DNA of 64,000 nucleotides from Oikopleura dioica (taxonomy: Eukaryota; Animalia; Chordata): contig OU015569.1 of the NCBI GenBank assembly GCA_907165135.1, forward strand, positions 11,470,001 to 11,534,000. Direction: 5' to 3'. Positions 25,119 to 36,066 of the stretch are shown one piece after another; position 1 is the first letter of the stretch, and every line of letters begins with the position of its first letter. The notes beneath the pieces are model-generated. The model was not told the DNA's origin. It did no database searches and saw only the letters and a program-made list of their open reading frames with translations. The position numbers and the translations under genes are program-made.

Positions 25119-25553
25119 CTTCTCAAAACACGGGCGCGCTACTATACCCTCAAAACACGGGGTCCAATAATTGGACCACAATGCATTATCCAGCCCCGCG
25201 CGGCGCGCCCAATTCATAGTGTGAAAAATAGCGCTCAGAACTTTTGGCTCTAATTGACGTTTCCATTGAGTAAAAAAGATTATAAATATATTGTTAGAGA
25301 GCTTGAACCCTCTTCTATAATAATTTACAATTGTAAGTCGAAAAATCCGTTTCGATATTCCACCAGAGAGCGAAAGAGAAATATGGCGCAAAACGCCACC
25401 ACTTTTGAGTTTTCATTCGAAACTTCACAAAGTGGTTCGTTTTCGTCCTATCAGCTCACATTACAAAATTCAGGTCAAACAGATTACTAGAACGGGAAAT
25501 ACAGGAGGTAAAAGTCGCCGTGGTCCAATGATTGGACCACGTGCCTTGAGAAG
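25119..25553 (+). mobile_element. 435-bp non-autonomous TIR element with TTAA TSD and subterminal hairpins
   Basis: TTAA|CTTCTCAA..TTGAGAAG|TTAA; collinear homologue of identical length at 57447-57881 in the opposite orientation. Confidence 0.85.
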
Positions 25554-25990
25554 TTAAAAAATAAAGAAGCCAGAAAGAGTAAAATTATACATTTTAGATT
25601 TTGATTCAGAGGTAAAGTATAAACACGGATGAGCTCTTTCTTGTTATTCTTGAGGGCCTAGGATCTTTTTGGTGCGAAAGAGAGTTTCTGTCTGACCGAC
25701 AAAAGGATCGATTATGAAATTAAAAAAGGCTTGCGAAAGTGGTGAAAAATTGAATTTGTTAAAAAATTTACAAAAAGAAAGAGACAAAAGGATGAATATA
25801 CACTTGAAAAGATGACGACACAATGGCGGCACAAATTGTGAGTAAAGAAAAAACGAACAAATTCTAGCTTCAGGAAATGTAGCTCGACGAAGCTGAGGAC
25901 TTGTGATTCCGGAGCTGATCTTGAGTGTAGCGACAGAAGACTTCGTATTGTTCTGAAAGAATCGTTTAGTTACAACCGGAAATGGGGGTT

Positions 25991-26850
25991 TTACCGGAAA
26001 GTTTCTCCGCTAGAATTTTGTCGTATTCTTCTCTGATCTGGTCTTCTCGCTGGCGCAGGAGTGTTTCGCACATGGTCGCCACCTAAAAAGTCATAAGGGT
26101 CACTAGTCAATTGGTGTTCGAAAAATGTATTTCTTGACGGAAAGAGCCTTACGTTGCTTATGGTGAGACGAATGGTCGTGTCTGGTTGATACTTTCTAGC
26201 TTCTTTCTTGAGTGGTTCGGCAAGTTTGGCGACTTTTGAGGTTGTAGGCGCGAATTCGTCGGAGTCTGAGGACGAAGCTGGGCTTGGACATTTGGGCGGC
26301 GTAGTCGAAACTGCCACTTGCTGAAAACGAAAGTAGAGTATGAATTTGAAACACGCAGAGGCTGGCACTGTGCCCAGACAGTCAGAGTTCGCCCGCGGCG
26401 CTTTCTCCTTGGCCAATCGAGTTTTCAGTTACCTGAGGACTGCGAGGCACCATCCGACGTCGCTTCAGAAGTTTGTAGCTCTGGGTCACCTTAATTTTAA
26501 TCGTTATTCTTTGTCTTGTAGATACATGAAGGAGGACTTTTCATTGGCCCTAAGGGCCAAAAGTAAAGTTCCTCAAAGTATCCAAGACTATTTTAGTCCT
26601 TACCTCGTCAAGAATTCTAGAGGGCTCGAGCGGAGGGAGCCGGCGAAACTGCGATTCGGACAGACTTTCAGACAAACTAAAAACAAAAGCGGTTAGTCAT
26701 CACTTTCAGGGTCTTTCCGCTTTACCTTTGAAGATCTACATTTGGCGCGTTATTCTTCTTGGAAGGAGTGACCTGGAGCGGGCGTTTTCCGGTGAGGCAG
26801 CGGCGCTTCGGACTAAGAATTCGTTTAGTTCCTTTTTTCTTTTTCATAAA
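25991..26850 (-). CDS. Multi-exon Ser/Pro/basic low-complexity protein, unidentified
   Basis: ORF 25991-26416 plus short GT-AG-bounded upstream exons; no family motif recognised. Confidence 0.35.
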
Positions 26851-28055
26851 GAAAGTAAAGTTAAAGTGAAAAGCGATTGGGAATTGTTGTTCTAGAAAAA
26901 GGACAGACGTGTGTTGATGCCGACTTAATTAATCCAGCAGTACATGTCTTTTCGAGTCAAAAGTGCTTTCGGCCAAATAGAAAATAGAATAGATCCAGTC
27001 GACTTTCAGGTCTACAGAGGGTTTGTTAGATAACGGATGATTCTATCGAACTGATTATTGGTTAGTCTCTAAAATGGCGAAATTTGACAAGTCAGGAGCT
27101 GTATGGAATCATCCGCGATCGTAGAAAGCCAGTGTAGCCTCAGTCCGGGCTCAGGAGCATGAGAAGAAAACCTGAGTCAGGATTTGAAAGAACCTTACTA
27201 AATCCCGCGAAGCTCTTTCAAATCCTGACTCAGTTTTTTTCCAAAAAGTATTACATTAATCGTTAACATATTAATTTAATTATGACGAGAGTCATTTATA
27301 GTTATTTTCCTAATCGTCTTTCAAATTCTTTTATTTGAAAAGAGCGCAAACTCAATTGAATTTCAAATCGCTTACATAAGAACTCTAATCTCAAAATAGA
27401 TATGCATCTTAGATCGCGTAATTACGACGATAACAGCGCATAAAATTGACAAAAAGCTTCTCTAACGAAGAGAGTATTCAGTTTACGATCGAGTGATTTT
27501 AATGTAAAAATTACGAAATATAAAATTACGAAAATCGAATTATATTTTCAAACCTGAGATCGAACTTGTGACCATAAGGACTGTCCAAAGCAGATCGCTT
27601 CAAAGTAACGCAAGACGCCATTTTCCGACTTTTCTCTTTTTACGATTTTCGTTTTTAAAAAATTTCGCGATTTCTATTTTCTTCGTTTTTTTTTCTTCGA
27701 ATTTTTTGAACTGAGACGGAAAAAAGAGAGAGCGAGGGAGCTTGGCTCAGGGCGCGCGCGCTCATTGGTCGAGCGCCTCCGCCCACGCCTAATTTCGAAA
27801 AACTCGAAAAGACAAAAAAGGGGCTGACGACTGTCTTCATCCCTTTTTTGTTGAAATCAGCCGATTCGATCGAGCAGCTGACCCCATCCTTTGTCCGAAT
27901 CTCGGCTTGGCAACCTGTGTAGAAAAGCCTGAGTCAGGGCAATGGAAAGCCGCGTACCAAAGACGAAATTTTAAGGGGCTTCGTCAAATTGACCATATTC
28001 TACTGTCAGTCTGTCACTATATTATTTCTAAAATGTAATTCTTGAAAACCATTTT

Positions 28056-31000
28056 ATGAGTAACCGTTTCGAACCAGCAAAAATGATTCCGCCGCGGAGC
28101 CGTCTCGTTTCTAGACCAACCCGTCCGCTCGATCTGTTGACGCGAGAGTGCAGTTTCAATAAGAATAAAATTGAAAGTTGCCTTTTTTATCATTTATTTT
28201 CGATTTCGGATTCTGAAAAGAGAAATAACTCTAAAAATCAATGGAAAGCGAGAACAGGGATCCTGGAGGAGAAGGATCGTCCAAGGAGCTCAATATTATT
28301 CAGCTCATAAGGAACTGGCTCAAATTAAAATTTTTTTACGCAAATTTTAGAACTGACCTCGACAACTTGTGTAGGAAACCCGAGTCAGGATCCAGAAATA
28401 GCTTTAATTTAAAGCCGCGGAGCGGCTTTTTCATTAATGAAGCCGCAAATCTACGAACAGATCGGGATGGCAAGTTTCAATCGCTCTTTCAGGACCCTGA
28501 GTCAGGTTCTGGAGCTCAGTTTAAGAATCACATGTTGAGCTATTGGAAAGAAAAGAGTTGGCAAACGACTCTCCTGAGATCAGAAACCTGAGTGCTACGC
28601 AGCTTCATCAAGTTCTGAATAACCAGTCGGCGATCAATGAAATCAACAACGACCAAAACTTGATTTTGGAGGAAAATGACGAAGAAATGCATACGCTTTC
28701 GCAGGAATAATTGCTCAAATTTTCGCTCAATTTGGATAATCTTTTCTTGAAAAGGCCCATTTTGCAATTCGATTTTAGGAATTCGGATCAACTCAAATCT
28801 CCAGTCCTGAGAAAAGCCAGACTCAGTCAACAACATACAGTCCTCTTCCAAGTAAGAAAAGAGATTCGGAATCTCAGATTCCTCCCTTTTCATCCCTAAT
28901 CGCTTAATTCAGTCGGCATTCTTTCTGATTCTCCTCTTCCAGACTCTGAATTCGAGCTGCCACCGAGTCAGAATTTCAACTTTCCAAATTTCTCGCAACT
29001 GCCGGTTTTCGACGATCCAAATTTAATCGAAACAAGGGATATTCTCAGTCCGACTCAAGCACGCCAGCTAAATAGCATTCCAGAAGAAGAAGACGGAAAT
29101 CAATTCAGTCAAATATATTCAGGTCTTGGTCAAGAAAATTAGTTCCCGTCTGGGCTGGGCTACATGAGTCAGTATCTTTAAAGAGCAATGGGACGGAAAA
29201 ATATATATTTTCGGTTTTGACAAAATGTCGTAAACGTGACATTTTCAAAAATCTATAAATGCAGTTATGTCGAGCTGGATCTGCCATTTATAAATCTGCA
29301 AAAAAATTTTGGGATTTCATTATTATGAAGTGTCATTTTCTATGATCCAAGGACGCTTCATCTTATTTCAGATTTAAAATTACTCACCGCAATCCAAAAA
29401 TATTGCGTAATTCATGATTTTCTTGTATAATCAATTAATTTATAACACCTACACTATTAATATTAAATATATCGCCGTCCTCCGCCAGGATATGGCCACT
29501 TAAGGTCGAATTCGGTCGGGTTAGGCCGGAGGATCTCCCGGAGGACCACCTTGGTGGAAGACTAATAGCTGGAAGACCAATATTTACAAAAATTAATAAA
29601 TAGCCATGTAGGGCCAGTAATTGCCATTTTATGGCCATTTTATGGATCCATGTTATGGATCCATGGGAAAAGAATTTCCCTCCGACCTCTAAGTTCTCTG
29701 GTAATACTGGAATACCACTCTGCCCGCGAACAAAAATTCCCCTTCCGGGGAATCTAAAATCGTGACGCCTTAGCCAGCTTAGACCGCAAGTCCTTCAGCC
29801 GCTTGAATCTCGCCGGAGGCCAATTGACCGGTCGGTCCACCCAGGGAAAACTCATTGTGCGCCTTCCCAAAATTTCACATTTGATACTCTGGAACAACTT
29901 ATCCTTGGCCACAAAGACGTCCTTTCGTGGACATAAATAAGTCGGAGCAGCATCAATCTTCGCCACGGTCCGTTTAGTGAAAGTGCCGCGCTCCAAAAAT
30001 TCCGAATACGGCATTAGGTGCATTCCTATACAAATTTCAACAAGAAGAAAAAACTCAAAAATACCATGTTGAGGAACTCCGTCCTCAGTATACAGAGTGT
30101 CTGAGAGGATCAATTGAGAGACGGAAATGAAGCCCAAGGGAGAGTCAAGAATTGGATCTCCCAGTTTGGAAACCCAGCTGAGCCCAAAAGCAGTAGATGG
30201 AGTTTCTAAATACAAGGCGTCTACCTCCTCGGCGGGTATAACTGTAATGGAAAAGCCATTTCGGAAGGTATCTTCGTAGGAATAGCTTGTCAACGACCCC
30301 AAAAGGTTCTCCACCAAAACAGGCGAGGCACCGTCAGCTCCTCTCAACTCCTCTCCGTCAGCATTCCTTTTCCCCTTTTTCTTCTTTTTATGCCTTTGCA
30401 GCTAAAGAAAGAATTTTATGTATTAAGAAAATATAAGGAAACACGAAGTCTATTCATATATCACAATTAAAATTTCTCGTTTCATTTTATCTTCTATTTT
30501 AATCGGCTGTCGAGGGAAAAAATAATTATTTCAAGTCGGGACCGGGGCCAACCGGTGACGGCTGGGCGGCCCAGGGCTCGAGTGAACACCCTGGGCAACA
30601 CCCAGCTGATCCCTTCTCTAATTAACGGATTTTTTTTCTTTTGCGCCTTCTCTGCTTTTTATTTTCCAGACTGATTATGCGCGCGGTGCTTGCTTGCGAG
30701 TTAAGGGGGCGCTGCTGAGTTGCCGGGTGGGTCGGCGCTTGCTCTATCCCCGTGGCTATAATCTGCCTATCCTAGTCAGCATTTTTTTGCTGATTGAGTA
30801 AAGAGATATTTTAAGAAAAAAAAGAGAGAGATGGCGATTAATTTCAATGCTTATTTGTCTATCATGGAAGAATGCTTTGAAAGGCCTACCCTAAGGGAAA
30901 GAACTGCGGCTTTGCTGGCGGTAGAGAGGCAATTCCACAAATTTCTAGCTCTAGTGAGTAAATATTGGTGTGAGTTTAATATAGTTGTTAATTATATAAA

Positions 31001-34000
31001 TAAATTATTAAAATTATAATAATAATATATATAAAATAATTATTTTTAATGATTTCCTATTGCTAATTAATGGCTTAAGGTTCACGCGAAGAGGGATCTT
31101 CGTCGTGGATCTCCTGCCGGGGGCGCTGCTGGACGCGGAGATCAAGTCGTAGGTGATCCAGCCGTCGACGCTGGTGCTGAGGACGTTCCAGATGAGCTAG
31201 TCGCTCTCCTACGCGAAGGAGTGGCGGAAGCCGTGGCGGCCTGGGTAGCCAGATCTGTTGATGCTGGCGCTCGGGCCAGCAAGACGTTGACAACGCTGAT
31301 GAAGGCGACATTGCCGGTGGAATCGATGTCGTAGAAGGGGTCGATGGCGTTGCTCCAGTCGACGGTGATGTTGGAGCCATCGGCGAAGGTCAAGTCGACA
31401 ACGTCACTGGAGCCGTCGTTGATGGTCAGGTCGACAACGTCGCTAGAGTCGATGCTGATGTTCAAGTCGACAACGTCGCTGGGGCCGACGCTGATGTTCA
31501 AGTCGACAACGTCGCTGGGGCCGACGCTGATGTTCAAGTCGACAACGTCGCTGGGGCCGACGCTGATGTTCAAGTCGACAACGTCGCTGGGGCCGACGCT
31601 GATGTTCAAGTCGACAACGTCGCTGGGGCCGTAGACGACTTGGCCGCTGTCCGGACTGGACGCTCGCCGGAGGTGGCCTCGATTTACGTCTGTTGCGCGG
31701 CTCTGTCAGCTCGGTTTCGCTGGCAGGGCCGTATGTAGCGGGTATATCTCGTTTCCAGCGGATCAGACCGTCTCGAATCCGTCGGCGCACTTGCCGGGGG
31801 CCAAGTCAACCTTACAATCTATCTTGGTCGGTCGCCTGCGGAGAGTTAGAGATTGAGAACCTTTTTGGGGTTCTCCAGATTTCCTCGTTCCTGGCGAGTG
31901 ACGTTGTCGAGGAGACGGATGATGGTCTCTTTCAGGGTATTGTTGAATTTTTCTCCCAATTTTAGCCCTTTTAGGTGTATATTGTATGACGACCGAAGAA
32001 TTTATCCGGAGGTCAGACCTCTGGCCGGAAGTTGTCGAGGAAATCAATGATCGGGAGCCGTTGTTATTGGTTTCCGAATCGATGACTCCCGATGAGGTTG
32101 TTAACAATTGTCGACGCGAGAATAGGGCGCTGCTGTCGAACCTGGCTCCATTCATGAAGGCGCGTGATTTTGACGATAAAACTCAATTTTTGCGATACAT
32201 TAGGTTTCGCCAAAATTACAGGCGGCTCTACTGTGAGAATCTGGAGCTGTCTTTGGCGAAAGTTGCTCGTGCCAAAATTTTCAGTCCACAGACATTTTGG
32301 GCTGAGAAGGTGGAAATTGACTTGTGAAACGAGGTTGTTCGCCCGTATGGTTTCGACGCAAATTTCATCAGGTGATTTGTCTTGTGACGTTTTTCTCATT
32401 TTTTGTAGGAGAACGTGGAAGGATGCCCCTGATCATCTGTACGGCTTTATGCGGCAAGCCTTGATCCTGTTTCGACGAAGACTTGCTATGATGAAACTTT
32501 CTTCCACGGGTCGCATTCTTGTTACTCCTCTGCCGAATCGTCAAGAATAAACTCCCACTTCAGTCACCAGTGTGGATAACTGATGGTGGGCCTTGCATAG
32601 ACTGAGTATCTACGGTGGCGCGGAGCCTTATATGGTGGCGGAGCGGCCACCCGCGGCGCGGTGGGGCGGCGCTGCCACCTAAGACTACCACCGCCACGGA
32701 GTGGTGCCGCTCCTCCACCGGGCTCGGCTCCACCGTCTACACAGCCCGAAGCAAATGTTCCGCTAATTACCTCTCAAATCCCAATTTTTTCACTGTATTA
32801 GATTACGTAAAATGAAACGTATTGTACTTTCAGACATATATATTTAGAACTTCCACTTCACTATAATGAAACTTATTCCATAATTGTTATCCAATCTAAA
32901 CAATCACTATAAATTATAGTTATATAATTTATATAAGAAAATCATGAATTACGCAATATTTCTGGATTGCGATGAGTAATTTTAAATCTGAAATAAGATG
33001 AAGCGTCCTTGGATCATAGAAAATTATATAGCAGAAAAAAAACCGAAAAAATAAGTACGCCTGGTCCCTAGGCGAGTCCGTAACTTTTTCTTAGATCGCC
33101 CCGCCCACGCTTCATAATAATGAAATCCCAAAATTTTTTTGCAGATTTATAAATGGCAGATCCAGCTCGACATAACTGCATTTTTAGATTTTTGAAAATA
33201 TCACGTTTACGACATTTTGTCAAAACCGAAAATATATATTTTTCCGTCCCAATGTCTTTTGACCATCAAATAGGCGCGAGCCAAAGAAGTGCACTCCTTT
33301 TTTCTGAACGAGAAACTTCGCCAGTGACGATGATGCCTCCTCCAATACCTGCAGCTCCAAGCTCTTACCGCGCCACTCCGAACCCGAGTCACATTCGCAG
33401 CCCGTCGCAAGAGTCCTCCGGCTGCCTCTCCGCAGTTTCCGTCAAGTTGGCAAGACCGACCCCGAAAAAACGGCGCAGTTACAATCGCAGCACCTATCAG
33501 AGCATGAGTTACGGAACGAACAGAATTACTCAACAAGAGAGCAGTGCTTTTCCACAATCAGCAATCAAGAAAATTCATCAAACGAACGAGTCCTTTGGGC
33601 TGTCGGAAAGGCTCAATTTGACCTTCTATTTACTTAGATATTGATAACGCACGCTGTCATTGACTCTTTGAAAATGAGCCCAAAAATCAGAAATTCACTA
33701 CTGAAAATCAAGCCAGCATATTTTCAAAAGGCCAGAACATCAATCCGAAGACTAATTCCCGAAGAACCGTTTCCCAGATTTCCACGACAACAAACAGGAC
33801 AACCGAAAAGACAGCAACGGAGCAGTTCAACTTGAATGCCTCTTCCAACATGATGTTTCCGCCCCCAGAAATCCCGAAATCCAGGAGCGGCGAAAAAACG
33901 CGCTCAAGTTCGAAACACAATTCTCTGCCACTGCCAACGATGACTTCTCCAGGCTTCGATGCCGACTTTCCAAGTTTGAATCTTCCAACCATTCCCGATT

Positions 34001-34568
34001 TTGACTTTGCGATGCCGAGCCCAATTCCAGACTTTGATTTGATTGATGCTAGGGAGAAGAAAAGAGAATCAAGATTCAAGAAAACGATAAAAATAAATAA
34101 TGATATTTAAAAACTAAATAAATTTTCTATCGAAAACAGCCATACAAATCTCCAGCAGAAAAGAGAGAGCGGTCCTACGAAACGAAAGTGAAAGACTGGC
34201 TTCGCCGAAATCCCCAAGTCGGAAGAGCCGAAGAAATGGCTGATTCTTTCCTAGAAAATGTAAATTTTCGATTTATCGAGTCGTTTACTTCTGTTTCTAG
34301 GACATGCCGTTGATGGACTCAACGAATTTCGAACGAGACTTGACTGTCTTCGACCGAATCAGATCCACCGAGAGTCAGCTTCAGTCTCAAAGGGTACATT
34401 CAGAGCAACATAATCAAGGAAAATAAAATCTTAATTCAGCCAAATCGCGCCTTGAATATTCTGGACGAGTTGGACGAGCAATACCGCGAAAACAGAAGAG
34501 ATCTTCCAAAGAAAAACTTCCGCTACCAGTCTTCGCTCCAGATGCTCGATCCGGATAATTTTAACTGA
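28056..34568 (+). CDS. Unidentified Ser/Pro-rich host gene, interrupted by the 4-kb TIR element
   Basis: Exon GILSDSPLPDSEFELPPSQ..NQFSQIYS G| (ends ~29120) joins in frame to |CA ATG TCT TTT GAC CAT when the element is removed. Downstream exons end ..MLDPDNFN* at 34568. The start codon is uncertain. Confidence 0.55.
29754..30401 (-). CDS. Element-borne gene 1 (unknown family); exon after a phase-0 acceptor, with a 39-bp phase-1 intron at 30026-30064
   Basis: tttctttag|LQRHKKKKKGKRNADGEELRG..PLGFISVSQLILSDTLYTEDGVPQHG|MHLMPYSEFLERGTFTKRTVAKIDAAPTYL..; the first exon was not identified. Confidence 0.65.
   Translation of the reverse strand: MQRHKKKKKGKRNADGEELRGADGASPVLVENLLGSLTSYSYEDTFRNGFSITVIPAEEVDALYLETPSTAFGLSWVSKLGDPILDSPLGFISVSQLILSDTLYTEDGVPQHGIFEFFLLVEICIGMHLMPYSEFLERGTFTKRTVAKIDAAPTYLCPRKDVFVAKDKLFQSIKCEILGRRTMSFPWVDRPVNWPPARFKRLKDLRSKLAKASRF
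30831..32550 (+). pseudogene. Element-borne gene 2 (paralogue of gene 1), four exons, with acidic 12-aa repeats; two 1-nt frameshifts and two in-frame stops
   Basis: Exons 30831-30953, 31080-31936, 31975-32371 and 32409-32550; all three introns are GT-AG and splice in frame. Lesions at ~31275, ~31737 (TAG), ~31845 and 32325 (TGA). Confidence 0.7.
31395..31630 (+). repeat. 36-bp tandem repeat (gtcgacaacgtcgctggggccgacgctgatgttcaa), about 4 perfect plus 2-3 degenerate units
   Basis: Read directly; encodes VDNVAGADADVQ in the spliced plus frame. Confidence 0.95.
32551..32753 (-). mobile_element. PBS plus a short LTR-like segment containing a GC-rich palindrome (retroelement remnant)
   Basis: cccacttcagtcaccag(a)tgtgg is shared with the PBS/LTR junction at 16096-16118; the segment 32571-32753 reads tgtgg..gca; no partner LTR was found. 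Confidence 0.55.
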
Positions 34569-34905
34569 CACTGTTTTGCTTCTAGCACTGTTATTTTGAA
34601 AACATTTATTGAAAACAACGAGAAGAATAAAATTTTCAAAGGAAGATTTTATCATTATTTTCAATTCTTTTGGTTTCTTTTCTGACAAATTGAAATCAAG
34701 GAAGAGTTCAATAAACAAATCTAGAAGCCGCTTGCGGCTTTGATTATGGAATAGAGAAAGCCGCACAAATCGCGGCTTTAGTGTTGATTTCTCGAAGACG
34801 CGGGGTGGAAACTTTCCTAAGAAATTCGTGTTAAAAAATGTTGGGATGAATTTTTATTTGATTGTCGGAAGATGAAATGAAAAGTATGAAAAAGAAACTA
34901 TTGAA

Positions 34906-36066
34906 CTATTGAGCAGTGTCGTTTATACTCGAATCTGGAAGGCTGAGAATCGCATTTGGGAAAAAATTAATTTCCGTTTTTTGACTTTTTTCGCTTTGAA
35001 ATCGCAACCAGTCGAATATCAGCGGCGAAAGAACTACGCCGACAACGAGGACCGAGAGAATCCAGATTACTGTACTTCTCCGCGGCGCGTGTCTTCTCAA
35101 TCCATTTTCCGCTGACTGATTGAGCCGCTTATCTTCATTATTGCCTCAATCGAATATTAAACTTAAAATAAGCCGCCCAGAATAAAATAAACGATCAAAA
35201 AAAAACTCCTTCTTCCAGGAACGATTTCTCCCCTCTGCGGCTAATTTCATTTATAAATCAAAGAGTAAATTCTAGCGCTTATTTTTTTGCCAAGAGAAGA
35301 TTCAGATCTGCTCTAACTCGACAAAAATCCTATAAACTGGGCTTGGCAAACTGTGAAAAAACCTGAGTCAGGGTCTGAAAGATCTTTAATGAAAAGCCGC
35401 GTAGCGGCTTTTTTAAAAATGAAGCCGCAAAGCGGCTTCCCCAGAAAAAGAAAATAACACGGCTATTCATTGAGGATCATTCAGACCAGAGTTGCAAATT
35501 TGGCTATATTTTCGTTGAGCTGAGCTGAGCTGCCCTGTGTGAGAAATTCCCTGAGCTGAGCTGAGCTGAGCTGACCTTTTTCGGAGCTCACTGAGCTGAG
35601 CTGGCCATTTTCAGAGGTCATTGAGCTGAGCAGACCTTTTTTTTTAATGTAGTTGAGCTGAGCAGACCATAATTTGAGCTGAGCTGAGCTGAGTGAGCTG
35701 GGTTGAGCTGTTTTTTTTTTCTGCTCAGCTCACTCAGCCAGCTCAGCTCACTCAGCTCACCAAATTTCCAACTCTGATTCAGACCCTGACTCAGGTTCCT
35801 ACACAGGTTGCCGAGGCTCATTCAATTTTAGTAATCTTACCGTTTTCTTCTTCGTAAATAAAGTGCGGAAGCGGCAGCGGATGAAAGTAGTAAGTTCTCT
35901 CGGAAGCGAAGGCCTCGTCGATGTCGATACTGGAGTGGTATATGGTCTGCGACATCTTCTTCTGTCTTTTCTGTTTAAAAGTGCGTTCGAATTTGGACGA
36001 TCGAGTTTGCCTGTCCGGCTCCTGTTCGAGCTGATCCCCCGAGCACGGACGCCGCGGCGCAATTAA
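34906..36066 (-). CDS. Small single-pass membrane protein, unidentified
   Basis: Exon DQLEQEPDRQ..HFIYEEEN G|gtaag and last exon RRSTVIWILSVLVVGVVLSPLIFDW..NDTAQ*. Confidence 0.4.
35337..35817. mobile_element. MITE of the abundant family, carrying a nested hAT MITE
   Basis: ctgggcttggcaaactg..cctgagtcagggtctga / tcagaccctgactcagg..caggttgccgaggc. Confidence 0.85.
35487..35776. mobile_element. 290-bp hAT-type MITE filled with (GAGCT)n repeats
   Basis: 8-bp TSD attcagac (35479-35486, 35777-35784); TIR CAGAGTTGCAAATTTGG / CCAAATTTCCAACTCTG. Confidence 0.88.

Larger units (their letters stand above)
29190..33250. mobile_element. 4.06-kb TIR element (GGG..CCC termini, 3-bp AAT TSD; PIF/Harbinger-like ends) carrying two paralogous genes and no recognisable transposase
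   Basis: aat|GGGACGGAAAAATATA..(29190-~29424) is inverted at ~32935-33250 ..TATATTTTTCCGTCCC|aat; the right TIR has an ~80-bp insertion. Confidence 0.88.

Noticed and set aside
31142-31609. Minus-strand ORF with NISVGPSDVVDL repeats, each with an N-glycosylation sequon (possible env or house protein)
   Set aside because: It is the antisense shadow of the plus-strand repeat. The plus frame is supported by three in-frame GT-AG junctions and by homology to the 29754-30401 gene, while the minus frame has no start or splice support and hits stops on both sides.
31465-31630. CRISPR-like or other prokaryotic repeat array (also considered for 46912-47090 and 35505-35760)
   Set aside because: The units are contiguous with no unique spacers, and the context is a eukaryotic intron-rich genome.
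31062-32769. 8-bp direct repeat gctaatta bracketing the GC-rich segment, as a possible TSD
   Set aside because: No TIRs adjoin it, the left copy is the likely branch point of intron 1, and exon 1 outside the segment splices in frame into it.
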